NCBI GenBank assembly: GCA_051647685.1
Contig: JBOFEG010000041.1
Coordinates: 33,952 to 97,951 of the forward strand
DNA from: Chlamydiales bacterium
GTDB taxonomy: Bacteria > Chlamydiota > Chlamydiia > Chlamydiales > CALTSX01
Direction of reading: 5' to 3'
DNA length: 64,000 nt
The notes under the pieces were generated by a model. That model worked only from the letters and a program-made list of their open reading frames with translations. It was not told the DNA's origin and searched no databases. This document shows positions 9,359 through 17,875 of this stretch, one piece after another. Both the position numbers and the translations under genes were made by a program. Numbering within the stretch: the stretch's first letter is position 1; every line of letters begins with the position of its first letter.

Positions 9359-9799
9359 ATGACTAAAATAACTAACTATCAATCTCAAGAGTATCCCAGG
9401 TCAAATCTCTCTTTGCAAGAAAATTTTCTTGAGAAATGCTCCTCTCTGATAAAGGATTTATGTATCTTAATAGGAATTATTATTAATATAGCTTTTGCTA
9501 TTTTTAGTATAACATCAAACCATACAATATTTGGGCTAGGATTTTTTATCTCTAGTGGTCTTGAAATTTATTTATTCATGCAGATGAAAGCTGGCGACCA
9601 ATATTCTCTTTTTAAAAGAGATATTCAACAAGCAAACAAAGAAATGTCAGATCTCTTACGCATTTTTGAAAATCAAATTACTCACTTTTCCAGTTCATTT
9701 CAAAATGTTTCCGAAACATTTCATAGCCATAATGAACATTTAGGATTACATATTCAAAATTTATCAATCGTGATTGCAAGGATGCAATCAGGTAGTTGA
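9359..9799 (+). CDS. Putative inclusion-membrane (Inc-like) protein
   Basis: 146 aa with no signal peptide. A single bilobed hydrophobic domain (LCILIGIIINIAFAIFSI-TSNH-TIFGLGFFISSGLEIYLFM) is followed by a helical, charged tail. This is the structural hallmark used to predict chlamydial Inc proteins. Confidence 0.45.
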   Translation: MTKITNYQSQEYPRSNLSLQENFLEKCSSLIKDLCILIGIIINIAFAIFSITSNHTIFGLGFFISSGLEIYLFMQMKAGDQYSLFKRDIQQANKEMSDLLRIFENQITHFSSSFQNVSETFHSHNEHLGLHIQNLSIVIARMQSGS

Positions 9800-9922
9800 T
9801 ATCGTTCATATATCGGTAAATATGTACTTTTAGTACAATTTATAGGTACAATTGCTTGCAACATACAAGTACCACACTACTTTATTAGCATTATATGCGT
9901 TTTCATAAGGAATATATTTACT

Positions 9923-10489
9923 ATGGCTCAAGTTAGTACCAATCAATTTAGACCTGGATTAAAAGTTGAAATTGATAAAGAACCCTATGTTATTATTAAT
10001 GTTGAATTTGTAAAACCGGGTAAAGGACAAGCATTTACACGCACACGTCTTAAAAATCTTATGACTGGTAGGATTTTAGATAAGACTTATAAATCTGGAG
10101 AAAAATTAGAAGTCGCCGATGTAGTTGAGGCAAAAATGCGAATGTTATATGAGTCCGGAGATTTTGTCGTATTTATGGATGATACCACTTATGAGCAGAT
10201 AGAAGCTCCTGTAGAATTATTATCATCGCAAAAACAATGGTTAAAAGAGGACGTTGTTTATGATATTATTTTCTACAATGGCAATGTTATTGATGTTACT
10301 CCTCCAACCTTTATGGATTTACTCATTACCGAAACAGAGATGGGACTCAAAGGAGATACAGCTTCCGGTCGCGTACTAAAACCTGCTATATTGGAGACGG
10401 GTGCAAAAATTCAAATTCCTATCTTTGTCAATCAGGGTGATGTTATTAAAGTAGATACAAGGACAGCATCGTATGTCTCTCGAGTCTGA
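9923..10489 (+). CDS. efp: Elongation factor P
   Basis: 188 aa. N-terminal FRPGLKVEIDKEPYVIINVEFVKPGKGQAFTRTRLKNLMTG carries the conserved PGKG loop with the modifiable lysine. Confidence 0.95.
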   Translation: MAQVSTNQFRPGLKVEIDKEPYVIINVEFVKPGKGQAFTRTRLKNLMTGRILDKTYKSGEKLEVADVVEAKMRMLYESGDFVVFMDDTTYEQIEAPVELLSSQKQWLKEDVVYDIIFYNGNVIDVTPPTFMDLLITETEMGLKGDTASGRVLKPAILETGAKIQIPIFVNQGDVIKVDTRTASYVSRV

Positions 10490-11429
10490 TTATTCAGAAA
10501 AAATCGCTCTTTTGCAGGACCGCTGTAACATGTTGAAGTGCGTTCGCGATTTTTTTTACGCTAAAAATTTTGTAGAAGTAGACTGCAATGCTTTAAATCC
10601 TCTACCTGAAATTGATCTCTATATCGACCCGTTTGAAGTACCTATGCCTGTAGGTCCCTCTTTTTATCTGCATACCTCACCGGAATATGGGATGAAAAAA
10701 TTACTCTCTATTGGTATGAAAAATATTTTTCAATTATCTCACGTTTTTCGGAAAGAAGAAGAAGGTAGGCTGCACCGCAATGAATTTATGATGCTTGAGT
10801 GGTATGAAGTCGGTGTTTCTCTAGATCATTTCTTATCTTGTGTTACAGATCTGATTTTCTTATTTTTACAGAAAACTCAGGTAAATATTTTACCTTATGC
10901 AGAAGCTTTCAAGAAAATAGGTATTGATCCGTCTCTATCGCAAAAAGCTATTCTGCGCGTTGCTACCTCATTGCCTGTAGAGGTTCATTATTGGGATAGA
11001 CAGTCTTTGCTACACTATATGTGGTCTTTTTTTGTACAACCAACTCTCGGCTACGACGAAATCACTATTATCACAGAATTTCCGGCGAGTGAAGCTGCCT
11101 TAGCAAAAACTATTCAAAAAGATGGAAAAGAAGTCGCACTCCGATTTGAAATATATCGAGAAGGGATGGAAATTGGTAATGGCTATATGGAATTAACAGA
11201 TGTTAAAGAGACAAAAAATAGATTCTTCCAAATAATGGAAAATAGAGTGCTATATGGCAAAAGCACCTTACCTTTAAATACGGAATTTCTAGAAACTACA
11301 GAAAGAGGTATTCCAGCTTGTTGCGGTATTGCAATAGGATTTGATCGCCTCATGATGCTACGGAATAAAAAATCCGATATTACAAGTATCTTACCAGAAA
11401 TTCCAACTATATCCAGCCCTGTACAATAG
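10473..11429 (+). CDS. epmA: EF-P lysine lysyltransferase (truncated class II LysRS paralogue, EpmA/GenX/PoxA)
   Basis: 318 aa. Class II aaRS catalytic core without an anticodon-binding domain (FRKEEEGRLHRNEFMMLEWY; GIAIGFDRLMML). It overlaps the efp 3' end by 17 nt. Confidence 0.85.
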   Translation: MSLESDYSEKIALLQDRCNMLKCVRDFFYAKNFVEVDCNALNPLPEIDLYIDPFEVPMPVGPSFYLHTSPEYGMKKLLSIGMKNIFQLSHVFRKEEEGRLHRNEFMMLEWYEVGVSLDHFLSCVTDLIFLFLQKTQVNILPYAEAFKKIGIDPSLSQKAILRVATSLPVEVHYWDRQSLLHYMWSFFVQPTLGYDEITIITEFPASEAALAKTIQKDGKEVALRFEIYREGMEIGNGYMELTDVKETKNRFFQIMENRVLYGKSTLPLNTEFLETTERGIPACCGIAIGFDRLMMLRNKKSDITSILPEIPTISSPVQ

Positions 11430-13044
11430 GATAACGCCTTCCTATATTAAACGATTTCTTCGAAACTCTGAGTATAGGGGGGAATTGTCGTCTTTTATAT
11501 TCAGCAGCATGAATTTTTTTAATAATATCTAATATAACACCAACATCGATATCATATTTCTTTGAAATTTGTGAGGAATGTAAATAATCCTCTACGTATG
11601 CCTGAAGAACTATATCTATCGTGCTGTAGTCGGGAAGTGTGTCCGTGTCTTTCTGATTCAATCGGAGTTCAGCAGAGGGAGGCTTACTAATAATATGATG
11701 AGGAATGAGAATTCCTTTCTCTCTATTCACCCAATCCGCCAGTTCATAAATCTGCGTTTTTAAAACATCCCCGAGTATACTAAGTCCCCCACACATATCT
11801 CCATATAAGGTAGCATAACCAATCGCGAGTTCACTTTTATTACTCGCATTTAAAACCAGTCTACCTAAGTCGTTAGATAAGGCCATTAAGATATTACCTC
11901 GCAATCTCGCTTGGATGTTTTCCTCTGTAATTCCTCTATATCTTTCATCTAAATATGGATTTAATTCCTCTACAAATAGTTTAAAGATCTTCTCTACAGG
12001 AATAGTATCTAAAGAAATTCCTAAGTTGTGAGCGACATCTCTTGCATCTTGAATGCTTTCCGCTGGAGAATACCTAGAAGGCATTGTGACACCTAGTACA
12101 TTAGATTTGCCGAGCGCATCGACTGCTATACAACTGGCTAGTGCAGAGTCAATGCCACCAGAAATTCCAATAATTGCTTGTGAAAAATTTTGTTTATAAA
12201 AGTAATCGCGAACTCCCATTACGAGTGCAAAGTACAAATCGTGTATAGGATCATAAGTCAGTGGACAACTAGAAATAGGGTCTTCCAAATTAATAATCAT
12301 CTCATCTTCTTTGAAGCCTTTTGCAATCCCACCCAAATTTCCCTCTTTATTCACATAAATACTATAACCATCGAATAGTAACTGATCGTTTCCACCTACT
12401 TGGCAACATAAAACAACAGGACAATGCAGAGTTTTAGCAGCAGTGGCACACACTTCACACCGAATATCAGGTTTTTGAAACTGATAGGGAGATGCCGATA
12501 AATTTAACAATAAATCAATATGATATTTTTTTAGTTCTAGAATGGGATCTTTTTCATAACGGGTGAGAGAGACGTGTCCTGAGTGCTGCCAAATATCTTC
12601 ACAGATAATGACTCCGATTTTCTTGCCCATATAAGAACATACATATACCTGTTGACCAGGTTCAAAATATCGTCGCTCGTTAAAAATATCATAGTGCGGA
12701 AGCAGCATCTTATCATAAAATCCCATAATCTTACGGTCACATATAATGCAGGCACTATTAAATAGGTGCTTTTCTCCTTCAAATAGATTGAGTCTTGGCA
12801 ATCCTACGACCACCATAATATTGTGACTCGCTGCAACAATTTTTTGCAGATGTTCATCAATTGCTGCTATAAAGGTATTTTGCAAAACGAGATCCTCTGG
12901 TGGATATCCGCAAATTGTCAATTCTGAAAAAAGAATAATATTGGCCTGCGCCATCTTTGCCTTTTCGATTGCATCGATAATTTTACTTGTATTTTTGTGT
13001 AAATCGCCAATTTTCAAATTCAATTGCTGTACAACAATTCGCAA
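11407..13044 (-). CDS. nadE: Glutamine-dependent NAD+ synthetase
   Basis: 545 aa. N-terminal CN-hydrolase domain (ELTICGYPPEDL; GVIICEDIW) plus a C-terminal NAD synthase domain with the SGGIDS PP-loop (IGISGGIDSALAS). Confidence 0.9.
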   Translation of the reverse strand: MRIVVQQLNLKIGDLHKNTSKIIDAIEKAKMAQANIILFSELTICGYPPEDLVLQNTFIAAIDEHLQKIVAASHNIMVVVGLPRLNLFEGEKHLFNSACIICDRKIMGFYDKMLLPHYDIFNERRYFEPGQQVYVCSYMGKKIGVIICEDIWQHSGHVSLTRYEKDPILELKKYHIDLLLNLSASPYQFQKPDIRCEVCATAAKTLHCPVVLCCQVGGNDQLLFDGYSIYVNKEGNLGGIAKGFKEDEMIINLEDPISSCPLTYDPIHDLYFALVMGVRDYFYKQNFSQAIIGISGGIDSALASCIAVDALGKSNVLGVTMPSRYSPAESIQDARDVAHNLGISLDTIPVEKIFKLFVEELNPYLDERYRGITEENIQARLRGNILMALSNDLGRLVLNASNKSELAIGYATLYGDMCGGLSILGDVLKTQIYELADWVNREKGILIPHHIISKPPSAELRLNQKDTDTLPDYSTIDIVLQAYVEDYLHSSQISKKYDIDVGVILDIIKKIHAAEYKRRQFPPILRVSKKSFNIGRRYPIVQGWI

Positions 13045-13056
13045 AAAACGCCTCCT

Positions 13057-14337
13057 CTATGAACCAAAATCATCTAAAACGATATTCTCTTTAGCTACTC
13101 CATAATTATCTAGTAATTTCATAATACTTGTATTATGTAAAGGAGGGCCGCAAACATAATATAAGCACTCCTCGGGCATTTCCATATTTTTTAACTGACC
13201 TTCTTCAAAAGCTTTAAAAAGAAAGTTAGTCTTGATTGGATCCTCTTTAGGCCAACCCTGCTTAATATCTTCAGGTAGCGGATTTGAAAGAACTAGGTGA
13301 TAATGAAAGTTAGGATATTCTTTTGCTAAAGCCTCGTACTCTTCCTGATACATATTTTCTCGAAGAGCTCTCGCGCCATACCATAGAGTAACTTCTCTTT
13401 TTGTGTTTTTTTCATAGAAAAGACTCAAGATGTGAGAGCGACCAAAAGAAGAGCCGGCACCTCCAATAAGAAAAATTACCTCTCGGTCATCGTCAATCAT
13501 GTGAGATTCTCCAAAAGGCCCCGCTAATTTGACAGTGTCTCCTGGTTGCAATGAAAAAAGATAAGAAGAACAAATCCCCCAAGGAATTTTAGATGATGTC
13601 TTTCCGTCTTTAATGGGTGGTGTGGCTATACGAACGTTATATTTTGTTATTTCTTTTTCTAATGGATAGGATGCAAAAGAATAAGCCCTTACAATTTTTT
13701 CTTCTGCATCGTGAGAAATTTGACAATTAAATAAACCAAATTTTTCCCACTCATCTAAATAAATCTCATCCATATTTTTTTTCCAGTCATTGGTATTCGT
13801 ACTATATTTGGGAACATAGAATTGTAAATAATCCCCGGCTTGATAGATGAAATCTTTCATTTTTGGGAGTTCAATCACCACCTCTTTAATAAAGGTAGCT
13901 TGATTCTCATTACTCACAACTTTTCCGATAAATTCCCGAAGTTGCAGAGATTGTTCAGGTAGGTGAATTGTAACGTCATGCCGTAGTTTATATTGGCAGG
14001 AAAGACGCCAACCCTCTTTTAACTCTTTCGGAGAAAAACACGCCTTATCTATTTCTAAGACATCCTCGCCTCCTTTAATAATTCTAACTCTACATTGTTT
14101 ACAAGAACCTTTACCGCCACAGGGTGATGGAATAGCAATTTTATTATCCGAGAGGGCAGCGAGTAGTGTTTGTCCCATCTGTACTATTTTTGTTAGATTA
14201 TCCTGGTTATTGATAGAAATTTTGCAGGGGATATCTTTCTGAAATACTCGTTTCATGAATAGGATCATGGCCGTTAGAAATATGCCTATTGCTATAAAAA
14301 TAACAATAGATGCACCGCTTATCTTTAGAAAATTCAC
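13057..14337 (-). CDS. nqrF: Na+-translocating NADH:quinone oxidoreductase subunit F
   Basis: 426 aa. It has an N-terminal TM anchor and a 2Fe-2S ferredoxin motif (CGGKGSCKQCRV ... LSCQ). The FAD/NAD-binding FNR-like domain shows RAYSFASYP and GGAGSSFGRS. Confidence 0.9.
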   Translation of the reverse strand: MNFLKISGASIVIFIAIGIFLTAMILFMKRVFQKDIPCKISINNQDNLTKIVQMGQTLLAALSDNKIAIPSPCGGKGSCKQCRVRIIKGGEDVLEIDKACFSPKELKEGWRLSCQYKLRHDVTIHLPEQSLQLREFIGKVVSNENQATFIKEVVIELPKMKDFIYQAGDYLQFYVPKYSTNTNDWKKNMDEIYLDEWEKFGLFNCQISHDAEEKIVRAYSFASYPLEKEITKYNVRIATPPIKDGKTSSKIPWGICSSYLFSLQPGDTVKLAGPFGESHMIDDDREVIFLIGGAGSSFGRSHILSLFYEKNTKREVTLWYGARALRENMYQEEYEALAKEYPNFHYHLVLSNPLPEDIKQGWPKEDPIKTNFLFKAFEEGQLKNMEMPEECLYYVCGPPLHNTSIMKLLDNYGVAKENIVLDDFGS

Positions 14338-14504
14338 CCTGTAGGTCCTTCAGAAACTCTATCCTTTTTATGATTTCATGTGTAACATGAGAAATGGTTT
14401 ATGGACTAAAAATATTTTTTTTAAAAAACTATTTTTACTTCTGCTTCAAAGTCGTTGGGAATCATTTAATTACTATTTCTATTGATCTACCCATATTAAA
14501 TAGT

Positions 14505-14532
14505 TTGCATTTACACGTTAATTGGTTATAAT
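14505..14532 (+). promoter_or_regulatory. Candidate sigma-70-type promoter of htpG (TTGCAT-N16-TATAAT)
   Basis: TTGCAT at 14505-14510 and TATAAT at 14527-14532, followed by AGAGGA (14551-14556) and the ATG at 14561. This argues that the TTG start at 14522 in the ORF track is spurious. Confidence 0.4.
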
Positions 14533-14560
14533 TTTATCTTTTTTAAACGTAGAGGAATCC

Positions 14561-16399
14561 ATGGCTAAAGGTACAGTAAAAATACACAGTGAAAATATTC
14601 TTCCCATTATAAAAAAATCTTTATACTCAGATATAGATATCTTCCTTCGCGAATTAACCTCGAATGCCTGTGATGCCCTACATAAGCTAAAAATTTTGAT
14701 AGATCAAGGCACCGTTCCGGCAATAAATATAGAAAATTTCAAAATTGAAGTTTCTATAGATTCAAAAAACAAAACTTTAACAATCTCCGATACCGGTATC
14801 GGAATGACCAGTGATGAAATTGAAAAGTACATTGCACAAATTGCTTTTTCAGGCGCTGAAGAATTTGTAACTAAATATTCTTCTAATAAAGAATCAGATC
14901 AAATCATTGGACATTTTGGACTCGGATTTTATTCCGCTTTTATGGTCAGTGAGCGCGTTGACATTCTATCCAAATCGCATCAACCAGATACAAAAGCAGC
15001 TTTTTGGAGCTGTGATGGCTCCTCTGAATATGAAATTAGCGATGCGGAAAAAAGTGGACATGGAACAGAAATTACCCTTCACATCAATTCCGATAGTGCA
15101 GAATTTCTAGAAGAAGCAAAAGTTCGAGATACTTTAAAAAAATATTGTTCCTTTCTTCCTTATCCATTATTTTTTCAAGGAAAAAGAATCAACGAAAAAG
15201 ATCCGATTTGGATTCAAAAGCCATCTGAGCTATCAGAAAAAGATTATAAAGAATTTTTCCATTATCTATACCCATTAGAGCCAGAACCAATTTTCTGGAT
15301 TCATCTAAATGTAGATTTCCCATTTCATCTACAGGGAATTCTTTATTTCCCTAAAATTTCTAAAAACTTTGACTTTTCTAAATCCAATATACAACTCTAT
15401 TATAGTAGGGTTTTTGTGTCTGATTCCTGCAAAGATCTAATTCCAGATTATTTAATCATGTTAAAGGGAACGATTGATAGCCCTGATATTCCTGTGAACG
15501 TATCGCGCAGTTACCTACAAATGGATCGCACTGTACGGCAACTATCTACCCATATTTCTAAAAAGGTAGCTGATCAACTCTCCCATCTATATACCACTCG
15601 AAAAGAATTTTTCTTAGAGTCATGGCCTAATATAGAAATGATTCTAAAACTGGGTATTTTGCAAGATGAGAAATTCTATGAAAGAATCAAATCTCTTTTA
15701 ATTTGGAAAAATATCAATGGAGAATGGACTACTTTAGAGGAATATGTCGAAAGAAACAAATCAAAGCATGAAAACAAAGTCTTTTATGTTTATGGAGACA
15801 TGGGTGAGAAAACGCAATTCTTAAATCTATACAAAGAAAAAGGAATTGAAGTCCTCATTGCAACTTCTTACTTAGATACCTCTATTATTACTTTTTTAGA
15901 GACGAAATTGCCAGGCGTTAAATTCCAGCGAATTGATGGAGCATGCGAGGAAATTTTACTCGATAAAAACAAAGAAAACACCATTTTAGACGCAGAAGGA
16001 AAAACTCTCGCTACAAAAATATCCGATTACTTTAAACAAGCAGTCGAATTGAACACTATTGAAGTAGAGGCAAAAAGTATAGCAAGCGCGGCACTTCCAG
16101 CTTTTGTCGTCATTGATGAGCAATCGAGAAGATTCCGAGATTATATCGCTTTCTCACAAAAAGAATTGCCGAATGAATTCTTAGATAAGAAGACATTAAT
16201 TCTTAATACAAACAATAAATTGATCCATGCTATTTACAATATGCGCACTCGAGATGCAACTCTTGCAAAATCTTTGGCAAAACAAGTATATGAACTCTCT
16301 TTGCTTTCTCAAAAGGAACTGGACTCGCAAAAACTTCCAGAATTTATTGCACGTTGTAATGAAATATTAGAACAATTGTTAGAAAGTAGCGCCTCTTAA
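14561..16399 (+). CDS. htpG: Molecular chaperone HtpG (Hsp90)
   Basis: GHKL ATPase motifs are present (FLRELTSNACDALHK; ISDTGIGMT; IGHFGLGFYSAFMV). Start moved to the ATG at 14561, which has an SD-like AGAGGA upstream. Confidence 0.92.
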   Translation: MAKGTVKIHSENILPIIKKSLYSDIDIFLRELTSNACDALHKLKILIDQGTVPAINIENFKIEVSIDSKNKTLTISDTGIGMTSDEIEKYIAQIAFSGAEEFVTKYSSNKESDQIIGHFGLGFYSAFMVSERVDILSKSHQPDTKAAFWSCDGSSEYEISDAEKSGHGTEITLHINSDSAEFLEEAKVRDTLKKYCSFLPYPLFFQGKRINEKDPIWIQKPSELSEKDYKEFFHYLYPLEPEPIFWIHLNVDFPFHLQGILYFPKISKNFDFSKSNIQLYYSRVFVSDSCKDLIPDYLIMLKGTIDSPDIPVNVSRSYLQMDRTVRQLSTHISKKVADQLSHLYTTRKEFFLESWPNIEMILKLGILQDEKFYERIKSLLIWKNINGEWTTLEEYVERNKSKHENKVFYVYGDMGEKTQFLNLYKEKGIEVLIATSYLDTSIITFLETKLPGVKFQRIDGACEEILLDKNKENTILDAEGKTLATKISDYFKQAVELNTIEVEAKSIASAALPAFVVIDEQSRRFRDYIAFSQKELPNEFLDKKTLILNTNNKLIHAIYNMRTRDATLAKSLAKQVYELSLLSQKELDSQKLPEFIARCNEILEQLLESSAS

Positions 16400-16410
16400 A
16401 GTTATTGTGT

Positions 16411-16444
16411 AACCTAAATTCCATCGAGTGATGGAATTTAGGTT
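16411..16444. terminator. Perfect 15-bp hairpin between convergent htpG and the mscS-like gene (bidirectional terminator candidate)
   Basis: AACCTAAATTCCATC-GAGT-GATGGAATTTAGGTT forms a perfect stem with a 4-nt loop. It lies 12 nt after the htpG stop and overlaps the stop codon of the minus-strand gene. The flanking U-tracts are weak. Confidence 0.55.
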
Positions 16445-17289
16445 TCTACCTTTTCTACACTGCTTGGTGGATACAACTCCTCGAGAAATCGGGTGATGAC
16501 AATCTGTTCAAGCCGTCCTTTCAAAGATTCTGGACTTGGTATTTTTAAATAAAGATGAATAATCCCTGGCGCTGGAAGTTGAATAGAAATTTTAGGTTCG
16601 ACAGAAGGCAATTCTAAACTCCGATGTTTTTCAATTCTACGAAATCGATACCTTGCTTGTTCTATATATGGAGCGCATTCTTCCTGTGCGATGCGCAATA
16701 ATAATTCCTTTGCTTTTTTCCAATCTTCAGAAGAAGTCAATGGAAAACAAATATTGTTGATATAATACTTCTCTAAAAATGATTCGTTAATAATCGGATC
16801 GGTTAGCAAAATAGCATTAGGAAATACAATTCGTTTGCCCGTGTATTGATGAGCAGAAGCTCCACGTCCAACCTCCAAAATAGTGGTAGTTAGAAGAGAC
16901 ATATCGATTACATCTCCCCGAATGTTTTTCACTTCAATGCGATCTCCAATATCGTATGAATTCCCTCGAAACCGCACTAAAGCGCCATTGAGATTCATTA
17001 GAGATTCTTTAACAGTAAATACAATGGCAAAAGCAATAGCAAAAACGGATACTGCAAAACCATGTATTGCTTCGCCCCAAATATAAATAATAGCAAATAG
17101 TAAAATACTAAAGAAAGTATTGCGAACGTAACCTATCCACCGAAGTCGTTGTTGAGATGTCCAACTGTTCTCAGAGTTTCTAATATATCGCGCGATAAAA
17201 TATCGAAGTGTCACTAAAAAGAGGATAACAAAAACTGTTTGTAATCCATTTTTTAATAAAAATTCTGTTTGAAGCCACTGTTTATCCAT
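16438..17289 (-). CDS. Small-conductance mechanosensitive channel (MscS family)
   Basis: 283 aa. Three N-terminal TM helices are followed by the MscS beta-domain signature (YDIGDRIEVKNIRGDVIDMSLLTTTI). Confidence 0.8.
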   Translation of the reverse strand: MDKQWLQTEFLLKNGLQTVFVILFLVTLRYFIARYIRNSENSWTSQQRLRWIGYVRNTFFSILLFAIIYIWGEAIHGFAVSVFAIAFAIVFTVKESLMNLNGALVRFRGNSYDIGDRIEVKNIRGDVIDMSLLTTTILEVGRGASAHQYTGKRIVFPNAILLTDPIINESFLEKYYINNICFPLTSSEDWKKAKELLLRIAQEECAPYIEQARYRFRRIEKHRSLELPSVEPKISIQLPAPGIIHLYLKIPSPESLKGRLEQIVITRFLEELYPPSSVEKVET

Positions 17290-17875
17290 AATTTTAGACT
17301 ATATATATTACTAGAAATAACAAGCAAAAAAATATTTTTTTTAATTAAAATTATTATCTATGTTAAATTAATGATTAAATAAATGAAACTTTTAATATAT
17401 AAGTTAAAAAACTCTCTATTAAATTTTGTTTTAAGAGATAGATAGTAAATGAGCTCTGCAAATTCTACAAGAGATTGATGCGAAAGCTTATATAATTTGA
17501 TATAATTTAAACCTAGAGTCTAAAGCTTCTACTGTGATTTTGGTTAGTATCTCGTCATTCGCCCTATATCAACTATTATATCCCACATCTCAAAATTTAG
17601 AGCAACCTCGCCCGCTCAGAGCTAGGATACTACCTACCCTTTCTGAGGGAATACTCCTAAAAATAAAGAGCTTTAAACAGCCCTATTCTAATTTATATAC
17701 CTAACTGATTATCAATTAGTTAGAGAAGAATACTTAATTCATTAATTTACAACAAGATAAAGCTAATTATAACTAACTGTTAATAAGTGACATATTTTAT
17801 TTCACAAACGGTATAACACATTAAAATTTATTATTAAATATGGTATAATATTGATTAAAAAACATACTTAATTAA

